28,662 nucleotides of DNA from an uncultured Candidatus Saccharibacteria bacterium (GCA_964490635.1 CAZBCK010000005.1:1-28662); one strand, 5' to 3'; shown: positions 1 to 10,066, counted from the first letter of the stretch. Translations and numbers: made by a program. Notes: generated from the letters alone by a model not told the origin.

Positions 1-139
1 CCAGTTGGCTACCAGGTTTATGAAATTAGTGATGGTGTAGGTTGTGGAGGGAGAAGCTATGGAGAAAGATATAGTGAAATCATCTGTGTTTTGGTTGTTG
101 GATTCATCAAAGCGGGTGATCTCTGACGATCCAAGCGGA

Positions 140-1477
140 TCAATCAAGGAGAAAATCTAGAAGCGGTATCTCTTGAATAATAACATCTTTATAATTATGC
201 GTCTGATTTTTTCCAGACAGAGTAATCAAGATATTTTTTCCTTTTTTCAAATATTTATCCGTAATAACAAAATTGCCAAACTCTCGTTTTTTATTTTGGG
301 CATTAATTTCAAGGCTAACCTGTATTTTAAGAAAATGATTTTTATCCTGTGGCACTATAAAATCAATTTCCTTATTTTCATCATCGCGTCCATAATAAAT
401 TTTTGAATATTTTTTTGCCAGAGTATTATAAACAATATTTTCCAGTAATCTTCCTTCAATATCCGGCTTGGAAATATTTATAATATTGGCCAATCCATTA
501 TCAGTGGCGTAAAATTTATATTGCTTGCTGAAAATTTTCTTGGTTTTCCATTCAAATTTCTTTATTTTGCTCAAAGCAAAGGACTGCTCATACATTTCAG
601 CGTAATTTTGCAATGTCGGAACGGAAATTTTTTCGCCCTCATTGTTTAATATATTCGCTATATTTGAAAAACTGACAGTTCCTCCAATATTGGAAAAAAT
701 ATAATAAAGCAATTTTTCAATAATCGCCACTTTTTCAACTCTAAACCTTTTAACAATATCATCCAATAAAACTTTTCTAAAAAGAGATTTAATATACTGC
801 TGAATTTCTTCATCTTTTCTTCCGATTATTTCTGGCAATCCTCCCCAATACAAATAACGATATAAATGTTTTTTCAGCAGGATTTTATGTTTTATTTTGT
901 CAAAACTGCCATTAATTTTGACATTGGAAAGTTTTAAATATTCCTTAAAATCAAACGGTCTGATTTGCGTTTCAATGGTTCTTCCGGCCAAAGCCGTACT
1001 AAATTCGCCAGATAGAAGAGAGCTATTGGAGCCGGTTAAATAAATATTATATTTATTTTTTTGTGAATCATAAATTGTGCGAATAAATTTTTCCCAATAT
1101 TTAACATTCTGAATTTCATCCAAAAACAAATATATTTTGCCGTCTTGAACAACACGCGCTTCAAATAATTCCAGCATTTTTCGCAAATCTTCAATTTGAT
1201 TATTTTTCGCCAAGATATCATGCTCAAAATTTATAAAAAATATATTTTCCTCCGGCACATTTTTATTTTTAATCAGATATTGTTTCAATTGCTTTAATAA
1301 AAAAGATTTGCCAGTTCTTCTGAAGCCGGTAACTACTTTTATAAAATCATTGTTTAAGCCTGATTTAAACCAATTAAAATAATCATCGCGGTCAATATAG
1401 TGATCTACGGAAATCCGCGAAGAATCAACAATAATTTGCTTTAATTCGTCAGTGGTAATTTGTGTATTATTTGTCAT
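140..1477 (-). CDS. AAA+ ATPase (AAA_14 type) with C-terminal DUF4143 domain
   Basis: 445 aa. Walker A GFRRTGKS, Walker B LFLDEIQ, family motifs LTGSNS, LAGR, YLYWGGLPE, KFYATDNGL. C-terminal EIDFIV...IQVS resembles a PD-(D/E)XK-like end. Confidence 0.9.
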   Translation of the reverse strand: MTNNTQITTDELKQIIVDSSRISVDHYIDRDDYFNWFKSGLNNDFIKVVTGFRRTGKSFLLKQLKQYLIKNKNVPEENIFFINFEHDILAKNNQIEDLRKMLELFEARVVQDGKIYLFLDEIQNVKYWEKFIRTIYDSQKNKYNIYLTGSNSSLLSGEFSTALAGRTIETQIRPFDFKEYLKLSNVKINGSFDKIKHKILLKKHLYRYLYWGGLPEIIGRKDEEIQQYIKSLFRKVLLDDIVKRFRVEKVAIIEKLLYYIFSNIGGTVSFSNIANILNNEGEKISVPTLQNYAEMYEQSFALSKIKKFEWKTKKIFSKQYKFYATDNGLANIINISKPDIEGRLLENIVYNTLAKKYSKIYYGRDDENKEIDFIVPQDKNHFLKIQVSLEINAQNKKREFGNFVITDKYLKKGKNILITLSGKNQTHNYKDVIIQEIPLLDFLLD

Positions 1478-1483
1478 ATTTAC

Positions 1484-1511
1484 ATTTTAACAAATACTAC
1501 GATTTTGTAAA
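1484..1511 (-). promoter_or_regulatory. sigma70-type promoter of the ATPase gene, probably leaderless
   Basis: Minus strand TTTACA (1511-1506), 16 nt spacer, TGn-TAAAAT (1489-1484). Only 6 nt separate the -10 box from the ATG at 1477. Confidence 0.55.
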
Positions 1512-1795
1512 GTCCATTTTATAAAAACTATACCACGAGAACAGCTATGATGACAACGGATGGCGACAAATTAAGAAATAAATTTCTACCCCGTAAAATC
1601 GCCACGCTCCTATTGAGTAAACTAATCATTGATTTGTTTTTTTAAAATCATATAATTTTTTAAAATAATTCTAAATTATATTTTTATTTTCAATTAATTC
1701 TAATTAAATATTTAATTTTAGTTTAACATAAAATTTTTAAAATTTAAAATTATACTTAATATTTGATATTTGATATTATTTTAGGATCATTCGTT

Positions 1796-1968
1796 TCCCC
1801 CTTTGTAAAAGGGGAATTAAGGGGGATTTCCTCCTCGTACTTGAGAAGCAAAATAAGTCTAATACTTTCAAAGTGTATTCTCTACGGAATAGATGAAAGA
1901 CAATACTTTGATGAATTAATTATAGTCAAACCAAGAAATCCCCCCAGCTCTCTTTCCCAAAGGGGGGA
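1796..1968. repeat. REP-like inverted doublet (CCCCCTTTG...GGGGGATTTC type)
   Basis: Arm 1796-1830 TCCCCCTTTGTAAAAGGGGAATTAAGGGGGATTTC. Reverse complement of arm 1935-1968 is TCCCCCCTTTGGGAAAGAGAGCTGGGGGGATTTC. Both ends match and each arm has its own C-run/G-run hairpin. Confidence 0.75.
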
Positions 1969-2153
1969 GCTCACATATCCCAATTTATTAAATACAACTA
2001 AATTGCGCATGAGCCCTATTTTATTATGGCAGTTTTTGTTTGATTTTGAAAAAAAATTAAAAAATATTCCCATAATTTAAAACAATTTTTGATTTGCGTT
2101 TAAATCAGAAATATTTTAATATTCAAGGTCGCACAAAACATTGTTTTTTATTT

Positions 2154-3247
2154 CTAAAAAAACACGACCAAAAAGGGAGCCAGAAAAAACATTACGGCGA
2201 TATAGATCAGAGGAATCGCTCTTGAAGTCAGCGCGGTTTCGCCGATCTTTCTGGAAATGGAGATTGGAATAATCCTTAATGGATAGATAAAGACACTTCC
2301 AAATATATTAAATAGACAATGTGCCATTGCCACGGTAACGGCGACATAGCTTCCCAGACTAAAAGCGACTAAAAGCGCGGTGACGGTTGTACCGATATTT
2401 GCTCCGAGAACATACGGATAAATTGTCTCCAATTGCAAAACGCCGAGACCGACAAACGGAACGATCAGAGATGTTGTGACAGAGCTACTTTGCACAAACG
2501 CGGTGAGAAACAATCCAAAAGCAAAACTTCTTCCGGGACTTTTAAAAATTGAGTTGTGAAAAATTTCCTTAAATTCTGTTTTAGCAAGCGGTTTCAGTAT
2601 CCTAACAAAAGAAAAAAGTGAAAAAATAGCATCGCCAAAGATATCGCCGCAAGAAGAATAGTATTATCGCCAAGCGCGGTTTTAAAAAAGTCCGTTGCAG
2701 GACTTAAGATATAACTCAATGAATTTGTGAATGAACCTTTTGCGATGACATCCGACACCGATCCGTAATTGAAAATTGAATTGGTGATAAATAGCGATGA
2801 TTTTTCCAGCAAATGAAACTTTATTTCCAGCGGGAAAAATAACAGCACTGCGAAAACATTGTGAATATCGTGAAGAATCGCTGCTTCAAACGCTCTTTTG
2901 AATTCGCCTTTTTTGCGAATATGCGAAATTGAAACGATTGTGTTTGTAATAGTTGTTCCTATGTTCGCGCCAAGAATTATCGGTATTGCGCCAGTCAATG
3001 TTAAACAACCACTGGCCACCAAGCCAACTGTCAAAGATGTTGTGAAAGAAGAACTTTGCACAATACTTGTGACCAAAATCCCAATAAACAAAGTGACGAA
3101 CGGATCAACAGTCAGAGAAATAAGCTGATCTGAAAAATCTCCCCCGAACATTTCAAACGAAGAAGACATTAGTTTCATACTTAAAAGAAAAAGATACAAA
3201 AAGATCAAAGAGCCAACAATTTTCCTCCCTATTTCTTTTTTTGTCAT
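2154..3247 (-). pseudogene. Na+/phosphate cotransporter (NptA/NaPi-II-like) split by a 1-nt frameshift; pseudogene, phase-variable gene or sequencing error
   Basis: ORFs 2594-3247 and 2154-2513 each carry one of the two family repeats (QSSS...GANIGTT). Adding one base in the A-runs at 2607-2626 joins them into a ~364 aa frame (...LAMLFFSLFSFVRILKPLAKTEFKEIFHNSIFKSPGRSFAFGLFLTAFVQSSS...). Confidence 0.85.
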
Positions 3248-3292
3248 AAAGTTTTGATAATTTATTATTACATTCCGACATTGCTATGCTAA

Positions 3293-4366
3293 TTAAATCT
3301 TTTGGTTTATTATTTCCTCGTAAATCCTCTCGTATCCTTCAACCATTTTGTCTATTGTAAAATTTTCCTCAACATATTTTCGGCAATCAGCCCGATCTAT
3401 TTTATCTATCTTCTTTATCGCTTTGATCATCTCTCTCTCATTTTCCACTATAAATCCTGTTTTTTCGTGTTTTACTATTTCCGGCGCGGATCCTTTATTG
3501 AAAGCTATAACCGGAGTTCCGCATGCCATTGCCTCAATCATTACCAATCCGAATGGTTCTTCCCATCTGATCGGAAAAAGAAGAGCTTTAGCGTTACCAA
3601 GAAAATCAGACACTTTCTTGCCATTCAAAAACCCCAAATCTTCTCTCTTATTCTTTTTCAAATACGGTTTTATCTTCTCGTCATAAAATCCGCCCCCCCA
3701 GACAGTTCCCGCCATCTTTAGTTTTTCTCTGGATTCTGCCGCAACCGTCACAGCAAGATCAGCGCCTTTTTCATGCGAATATCTTCCTAAAAAAGCAAGA
3801 TAATCACCCTGCTTTTTTTTGAATTCAAATTTTTCAATTTCCAGCCCATTATAAACTGTTCCGGCATAATTCAGATTTGGCATTCCTTTTCTTTGGCTAT
3901 TGCTAATAGAAACATAATGAGCTTCATTCTTCCATGGGCAATACTCCACAGATCTGTTCCAGCTTGCTGACATTGGATCGTGTAAAGTGAAAACTGTCGG
4001 CGTTTTTGTCAGATTGACGAATGGTAATATTTTCGGTGTCAGATGAAAAGCGTGAATAATATCGTATTTATTTTTCTGCGCGTCTTTATACATTTTAGCA
4101 GCCATCAGTTGTTCGTAAATCATCAGTTGCTGCTGATCGTGAAATCCACCGGACATTGCCCTATTCGGCAGACGATAATATGAGACCATTCCGCAATTTT
4201 CCTTTTTAATTTTAATTTTTGAGTCGGTCGGAGTGTAAAAAGTAAGATCGTGTCCGCGTTTTTCCAATCCTTTCACAATCTTTTCTGCCAATCCCATCGG
4301 CGCATAAACAATTTCCTTTGGCAAAGGACAAGAGAATTCATTTGTACAATAGAACGCTATTTTCAT
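3293..4366 (-). CDS. GT-B fold glycosyltransferase, family 4
   Basis: 357 aa. Motifs DIIHAFH, TPTVFTLH, VYNG, FLGRYSHEKG, EEPFGLVMIEAMACGTPVIA. Confidence 0.92.
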   Translation of the reverse strand: MKIAFYCTNEFSCPLPKEIVYAPMGLAEKIVKGLEKRGHDLTFYTPTDSKIKIKKENCGMVSYYRLPNRAMSGGFHDQQQLMIYEQLMAAKMYKDAQKNKYDIIHAFHLTPKILPFVNLTKTPTVFTLHDPMSASWNRSVEYCPWKNEAHYVSISNSQRKGMPNLNYAGTVYNGLEIEKFEFKKKQGDYLAFLGRYSHEKGADLAVTVAAESREKLKMAGTVWGGGFYDEKIKPYLKKNKREDLGFLNGKKVSDFLGNAKALLFPIRWEEPFGLVMIEAMACGTPVIAFNKGSAPEIVKHEKTGFIVENEREMIKAIKKIDKIDRADCRKYVEENFTIDKMVEGYERIYEEIINQKI

Positions 4367-4490
4367 TTTTTAAAACTTAAGATCTTGATATTTATTATAT
4401 TATTTAAATCTTATCACTTGTTACCGATTTTTCCAAATTCCAGACTGCATTTTAACAAAGTTTGACTTGAAAAAATATTTTGTGGCTAGT

Positions 4491-4808
4491 TCAGTGTTTC
4501 CGACTTGGGAAATGCCGGACCAAGCATAGAATTATAAAGTTTGTAATAAAAAAAATAATTAAATAGCAAGACAGAAAATTAAACCATAAAATATCAGACG
4601 GATTTTCCCATGGCGAACTGAAACTACATTTCCGTGGAAAAGGGAAATCATAACCGGTAAGGTCTTGCGTTACGAATGTTATCGGATAACCGAACTTCAT
4701 ATCTTCCATATCTTTTTTGTCATATGCGGTTTTAGGTATTGATAATGTTCCGATAACAATAATAAATGACACAAGTCCGATAAGGAGATATTTAATTATT
4801 TTTTTCAT
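4491..4808 (-). CDS. small hypothetical membrane protein (2 TM)
   Basis: 105 aa, MKK start, hydrophobic N- and C-terminal segments around a FGYPITFV loop. TGCTATAAT extended -10 upstream at 4945-4953. Confidence 0.65.
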   Translation of the reverse strand: MKKIIKYLLIGLVSFIIVIGTLSIPKTAYDKKDMEDMKFGYPITFVTQDLTGYDFPFPRKCSFSSPWENPSDILWFNFLSCYLIIFFITNFIILCLVRHFPSRKH

Positions 4809-4986
4809 ACTTCATCGAACTAACCGAGGAGTTATTTTAAAACTGGTTTTAAGAAATATTTAGTTTAAGTTAGGAGATTTGAGCCAACACCGGTAAAAAT
4901 TAAACGGACTTTATGTTCAAAAAGATATTTCTTAATATTCTTAATTATAGCATATACCCAATAAAGATAGAAAACTCATAAATAAA

Positions 4987-5012
4987 AAAATCACATTATG
5001 CAAAGTGATTTT
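4987..5012. terminator. hairpin terminator downstream of the MacAB-like cluster
   Basis: AAAATCAC-N10-GTGATTTT, flanked by A and T runs, 19 nt after the stop at 5031. Confidence 0.5.
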
Positions 5013-5030
5013 AGTTTTTTTAAGTTTTGT

Positions 5031-5597
5031 CTATTTTCTAGCTCTAAACAAATTTTTAAAATAAGTCCAGTGCCAAAAAGTATGAAATACTGAGATCATA
5101 AACATTGCGATGCCTGTTTCAACATGCAAAAATAAAATGTTTGGTAGCAATGGGATTGCTATGCCAAAATTAATTTTTATTACTAATAACACACCTGAGA
5201 TACCAGAAAACAAAAATGTAATTAGTAATAATACATTCCAAATCTTTCTGTGTTTCACAACACTAATAATTTTCTTCTTTGATAAAATATGTGTTATTGC
5301 GTAGAGAATAATCAGGAATAAGGAGATTGGGATAAGATGATAAGTCATTTTATTTTGCTTAGCTGTTGTTAAATTTTTATCATTTACCTCTGGCGTGTTT
5401 GCTGCTTGAGCAATAGTTCCATTTTCCGGAGCTGGTTGCGAACGATCACATATTTCATCATTATCTACATCAACATATCTGGTGCAATCTCCCGGAGCGG
5501 GACAATTCACTTCATTATGCGGACAATCATTCCATGCCAGAGTTGTTGCTGGAATTAAAATTGATAATATTAAAGTGAAGATTATTCTTTTCGTCAT
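5031..5597 (-). CDS. membrane protein: signal peptide, Cys-rich extracellular motif, C-terminal DUF4405-like His-containing helices
   Basis: 188 aa. Signal peptide ending TTLA, CPHNEVNCPAPGDCTRYVDVDNDEICD, then 3 TM helices with LHVETG...FHTFWHW. Confidence 0.7.
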   Translation of the reverse strand: MTKRIIFTLILSILIPATTLAWNDCPHNEVNCPAPGDCTRYVDVDNDEICDRSQPAPENGTIAQAANTPEVNDKNLTTAKQNKMTYHLIPISLFLIILYAITHILSKKKIISVVKHRKIWNVLLLITFLFSGISGVLLVIKINFGIAIPLLPNILFLHVETGIAMFMISVFHTFWHWTYFKNLFRARK

Positions 5598-5622
5598 AAT
5601 AATATCAATATATTTTTTGAAC

Positions 5623-6825
5623 CTATTCGCTTCTCAACGCATCTACCGGATCAAGACGGCTCGCTTTTAGTGCTGGGTAGAATCCAAAAAATACGCCGAC
5701 TAATACCGAAAAACCAAAACCCACAACTATACCCATCAAAGATGGCGCTAGTTTAATTAATTCTGCTAACGATGTTTCATTAACTACATAAATCAGACCA
5801 TTGCCGATTAAAATCCCAATTATACCGCCGATCATTGAAAGGATTATGGACTCAAGTAAAAATTGGCTTAAGATGTCTTCGCGTTTTCCCCCGATTGCTT
5901 TGGCAATACCTATTTCTTTGGTGCGTTCGGCAACAGTAGCAAACATAACATTCATAATTCCTATTCCGGACACCAATAAGGTAATTGCCGCAACTGCCGT
6001 TAAAAGCAATGACATAAGCGCCGCAGCATCTTGCGCCGCGCCAACCATTGCTCCCGCGTCCATTATTCTGAAATCATCATCTTGGCTATCTCTTAATTTA
6101 TGTTCGTCTCTCAAAGCAGATACTATTTCCTTTGACGCAATTTCAATATTTTCCACATCATCGGCTATTGTGAATATCATCATAAACGCCTTACCTCCTA
6201 AGATGCTTCTTTCTGCCGTACTATTTGGTAAAAAAATAGCATCATCTAAAGAACTTTTTCCAATATTTCTTCCAGTTTCTTTAACTGTTCCAATTACTTC
6301 AATGATTTTACCATTTATTTTTATATTTTGACCAACTATTTCATCTTCTTCTGAAAATAAAGATTCTACCACACTACTTCCTAAAATAGCCACTTTCTCA
6401 TTATTTATAACATCCTCTTCTGTTATTAGTCTTCCCTTGTCAATTTCCACATTAGACATTTTAAAATAATTGTTTTCAACTCCAAGCACACCAAAAGAAT
6501 CTTCTTCTGATTCAAATGAAACAGGCATATTACCTTGTATTACAGCTGTTGCATCTGAAATATGCGAACAATTTTCTATTATAACTTTGGAGTCCGTGGT
6601 TTTTAACTTTGAGCTTTCAGTTTTTCCTCTTGCTCCCATAACTATAATGGAATTCGCGGACAATCCTTGAAATTGATCATCCACCGCTTTTTGCGCGCCC
6701 TGTCCGATTGCGAACATGGCAATAACAGTTGAAACGCCAATAATTATACCCAGCATTGAAAGAAATGTTCTAGTCTTGTTCGCCAATAAAGACTCAAACG
6801 CCATTTTTATAATTTCTAATTTCAT
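5623..6825 (-). CDS. ABC exporter permease, MacB/FtsX family
   Basis: 400 aa. RTFLSMLGIIIGVSTVI, large extracytoplasmic domain, GIGIMNVMFATVAERTKEIGIAKAIG, FFGFYPALKASRLDPVDALRSE. Confidence 0.95.
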   Translation of the reverse strand: MKLEIIKMAFESLLANKTRTFLSMLGIIIGVSTVIAMFAIGQGAQKAVDDQFQGLSANSIIVMGARGKTESSKLKTTDSKVIIENCSHISDATAVIQGNMPVSFESEEDSFGVLGVENNYFKMSNVEIDKGRLITEEDVINNEKVAILGSSVVESLFSEEDEIVGQNIKINGKIIEVIGTVKETGRNIGKSSLDDAIFLPNSTAERSILGGKAFMMIFTIADDVENIEIASKEIVSALRDEHKLRDSQDDDFRIMDAGAMVGAAQDAAALMSLLLTAVAAITLLVSGIGIMNVMFATVAERTKEIGIAKAIGGKREDILSQFLLESIILSMIGGIIGILIGNGLIYVVNETSLAELIKLAPSLMGIVVGFGFSVLVGVFFGFYPALKASRLDPVDALRSE

Positions 6826-6826
6826 A

Positions 6827-7534
6827 CTAATAGTTTGAAGTTAATTCATAATTATTATCTATCACTTTTCCGTCCTGCATAAAAATTATCCGATCAGCAT
6901 ATTTCGCGACTTCCGCCGTATGTGTCACCATAATTATCGTTTTGTTTTTATTTTTTAAATCAGTAAACAGTTCCATTATTTCAAGTCCTGATCTTGAATC
7001 AAGCGCGCCAGTTGGTTCGTCCGCCAAAATTATATCAGGATCATTTATAAGAGATCTGCAAATAGAAACTCGCTGTTGCTGTCCACCGGAAAGCTCTGTC
7101 GGTTTGTGATCTGCTCGGTGTTCCATATTAACGCTTTTCATAAGCTTCATTGCTTTTTCTTCCCTGATCTTTTTTCCTTCTCCGGCATAAAGAGCCGGCA
7201 AAGCGATATTCTTTAAAGCAGAGAGGCGAGAGAACAAATTAAACTGCTGAAAAACAAAACCCATTTTTTTATTTCTAATAAAGGCCAAAGTATAATCATC
7301 CCTCACTTCCCCGATATTTTCTCCACCTAAAAAATATTCTCCCTCAGAAAGAGAATGAAGGCATCCAATCACATTTAATAAAGTTGTTTTTCCGCAACCG
7401 GATTCTCCCATTAACGCCACAAACTCTCCCTGCTTAATATCAAGATCAATACCATTGAGAACTGGAATTTCTTCATCATTGGAAAGATAATATGACTTAT
7501 GGACATTCTTCAGTTGTATTGCTGATTTTTCCAT
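6827..7534 (-). CDS. ABC exporter ATP-binding subunit, MacB/LolD family
   Basis: 235 aa. GESGCGKT, LSGGQQQR, ILADEPTGALD, MVTH. Confidence 0.95.
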   Translation of the reverse strand: MEKSAIQLKNVHKSYYLSNDEEIPVLNGIDLDIKQGEFVALMGESGCGKTTLLNVIGCLHSLSEGEYFLGGENIGEVRDDYTLAFIRNKKMGFVFQQFNLFSRLSALKNIALPALYAGEGKKIREEKAMKLMKSVNMEHRADHKPTELSGGQQQRVSICRSLINDPDIILADEPTGALDSRSGLEIMELFTDLKNKNKTIIMVTHTAEVAKYADRIIFMQDGKVIDNNYELTSNY

Positions 7535-7551
7535 ACTTTTTAATTTATAGG

Positions 7552-9459
7552 CTAGTATACTATTTTATCCCCGGCATTCAGTCCCTTTATAACTTCCACA
7601 TTTTTGCCGTCTGTAAATCCGGTTACTATCGGAATCCATTCTTCATTGCTATTCAACACAGAAGGAGAATCTTTAACATTTTTAACAGCGCCAACCGGAA
7701 TGACTAAGACATCTTTGGCTTCAGCTGTCACAAAATCAACAAACGCAGTCATACCTTCTCTTATTTGATTGTCTCCCTTGTCCATTATTATGATACGAAC
7801 TAGATATGTAACAATCCCGTTGTTATTTGTTTTTGAAGTAAGTGAAATAAAGCTTACTTCTCCGTCAAGCGTTAGGTCATCTAAGGCGTCAAAAGTAGCA
7901 TAAACAGTTTGTCCGATCTTAATTTTATTAATATCAGCTTCTTCAATATCCACTTCAATAAAAAGCGTATCGTTATTTATAATAACTGCCACCGGATCGC
8001 TATTGCTGTTGTCCACAATAATATCACCCGTTTTATAATTAAGCCGCGCTACCTCTCCGTCAATCGGAGATAAAATGGTTGCGTTTTCCAGTTCGTTCTG
8101 CGCTTTTTCAAGATTTACAGAAGCGCCGGTTAGACTTGAATTTGCAGAAGCTTTTTCTGCTTCTGTTAACGGAGATAGCAGATCGTTATAATCACGCTTA
8201 GCTTGTTTCAAATCCAACTCTCTATTCTCCACAGTGTCCTCTGAATTTTCAATATCTCGTTCATTATCAGCTTTAACATTTACCAAATCTCTCTTGGCAT
8301 TATCAACATCCCTCTTAGCATCTTCATAAGCAGTAATATAATCATCAAGACTGTCTTTGGCGTCATCTACCGCTTCAGTTTTTGTGTTCAGAGTTGTAAT
8401 TTTAGCATTAACAATTGACCTATTTGCGCTAATCGTTGAAATAAAAGCATTAAGTTCTGATTGTGAAAAAGTGGAGCAAGTGATTGTAGCTTCTAATGTC
8501 AAATTCATATAATATAAATGTTCTTCAAATTCCTGTAAAGCTAAAACTGCTTGATTCGCCGCTGCGTCAATCTCGCCATAAGGACTATTGAAATTTAATA
8601 GTACAACCAAAGAATCAAGTTTCCCTAATTCATTTTTAGATTTTGAATAACTGCCTTTTGCTTGATTTAATGAAGATGAGTCTTTTGCTCCTAAAAAATT
8701 TTCAAAAACATCGTTTATTTGTTTATCATCTACACCAACTATTTCGTCAGACTCTTTTAAAATTTTATCTAGACTTATATTGATTGATTTTATTGTGTCA
8801 ACTAAACTTTCATAAGCGTCGCTCACAGCTTCGCTACTTAGTTCGTCTCGATTGTCATCTAAATTATCTTTTGCGTCTTTCAAATTATTTTCAGTGTCGT
8901 AAATATTATCTTTAGCGTTTTGAATATTTTCTTCAGCAGATTGTTTAATGTTTTCTAAACTAATTTTAGCTTGATTTAAAGAAATTTCCGCTGAAGTAAT
9001 TCTATCTTTGGCGTCAGCGATCTGCTCTTCCGTTGCTCCATCCATCATTTGATTATAATTCGCTAAAGCTGACAAATAGTTTGAATAAGCAGTGCGGACA
9101 TTAAGTTCCAAAATCTCTGTTTTTACAGTAGCAACTTTATCGCCTTTTTTAATCTTATCGCCTTCTTTAATAAACACTTCTTTTACTTCCAGATTATTAC
9201 CGCTAATTGAAAATGATAGTTCAACCCCGTCTTCCGCAATGACCTTTCCGTCTGATTCAATAGAAATTTTTAAATCACCTTTTTTTACTGTCCATTCTTC
9301 TTGAGAAGCAGTCTCTTTTTCCGTGTCTTTTTTATTAAAAAAATAATAAGCAGAAGTTGAAACTAAAAAAATAATAATTAAAAAAAATATTTTCTTTTTA
9401 GTTATTTTAAATTTTCCAGCCCCTCTGGATTTTCTGCTTTCTTCTAAAATAGAACTCAT
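7552..9459 (-). CDS. membrane-fusion/adaptor protein (MacA/HlyD/YknX-like) with a very long coiled coil
   Basis: 635 aa. N-terminal TM, first lipoyl half (VKEVFIKEGDKIKKGDKVA), ~330 aa heptad-rich region, second half (ILSPIDGEV), beta-barrel (EADINKIKIGQ...GMTA), C-terminal GLNAGDKIV. Confidence 0.9.
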   Translation of the reverse strand: MSSILEESRKSRGAGKFKITKKKIFFLIIIFLVSTSAYYFFNKKDTEKETASQEEWTVKKGDLKISIESDGKVIAEDGVELSFSISGNNLEVKEVFIKEGDKIKKGDKVATVKTEILELNVRTAYSNYLSALANYNQMMDGATEEQIADAKDRITSAEISLNQAKISLENIKQSAEENIQNAKDNIYDTENNLKDAKDNLDDNRDELSSEAVSDAYESLVDTIKSINISLDKILKESDEIVGVDDKQINDVFENFLGAKDSSSLNQAKGSYSKSKNELGKLDSLVVLLNFNSPYGEIDAAANQAVLALQEFEEHLYYMNLTLEATITCSTFSQSELNAFISTISANRSIVNAKITTLNTKTEAVDDAKDSLDDYITAYEDAKRDVDNAKRDLVNVKADNERDIENSEDTVENRELDLKQAKRDYNDLLSPLTEAEKASANSSLTGASVNLEKAQNELENATILSPIDGEVARLNYKTGDIIVDNSNSDPVAVIINNDTLFIEVDIEEADINKIKIGQTVYATFDALDDLTLDGEVSFISLTSKTNNNGIVTYLVRIIIMDKGDNQIREGMTAFVDFVTAEAKDVLVIPVGAVKNVKDSPSVLNSNEEWIPIVTGFTDGKNVEVIKGLNAGDKIVY

Positions 9460-9520
9460 AGGCGTGTAATTAAAAGTTAATAAAGTTTATAAAGCAATAA
9501 AGTGCTTTATAATTTTCTGC

Positions 9521-10066
9521 TTACTTTATCATCACAAAAGTCGCAATGTTCTTGTCGGTAATAGTTTCATCTATCCAGATCATGAGCATTTGATCTTTTG
9601 TAATATCATCCAGCGTAGCCACGATCATTTTTCCATTTTCACTTTTAAGCATTTTTATTCCAACAGGAATAATGAGCTTTTCTTCTCCCACACTCATACT
9701 TTTCAGCATTGCTAATTTTTCAGCATCACCTCCTACTCCTGTATTTATTCGTTTACCCATATCCATACCTTTGCCAAAGCCAGATGCTGGTTTTGGCTCC
9801 TTTTTTTCTTTATCTGTTTTCTCAATATTTCCATTTCCATTTTCAGGTTTCATTGATCTTTCAATTTTTAAAATTGTAACCTCGTTGCCAATAATAGTTT
9901 TTACGATCCCAGAGAGACTCGGTTTTTCCTCCGGTCTTTCAAAATCAGGAATCACTAGTTTTTCTGATATTTTATCATTTTTATCTTGATTGCTACTGTT
10001 TTGCCAAGCATATCCCGATAAAGCAAAAACAAGTAATATCCCTGCTGCTATTATAACTTTTTTCAT
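9521..10066 (-). CDS. exported hypothetical protein, possible OB-fold
   Basis: 181 aa. MKK plus hydrophobic signal, GIVKTIIGNEVTI and LDDITKDQMLMIW beta-rich motifs around a low-complexity G/K/E insert. Co-oriented within the cluster. Confidence 0.7.
   Translation of the reverse strand: MKKVIIAAGILLVFALSGYAWQNSSNQDKNDKISEKLVIPDFERPEEKPSLSGIVKTIIGNEVTILKIERSMKPENGNGNIEKTDKEKKEPKPASGFGKGMDMGKRINTGVGGDAEKLAMLKSMSVGEEKLIIPVGIKMLKSENGKMIVATLDDITKDQMLMIWIDETITDKNIATFVMIK

Noticed and set aside
1763-2080. ORFs 1763-2080 (+) and 1882-2073 (-)
   Set aside because: They are translations of the REP doublet (SPFVKGELRGI, NPPSSLSQRGE) and AT-rich spacer, with no protein-like features.
4865-4900. GGCTCAAATCT on the minus strand, resembling a tRNA T-loop
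   Set aside because: No acceptor, D or anticodon stems can be built around it.
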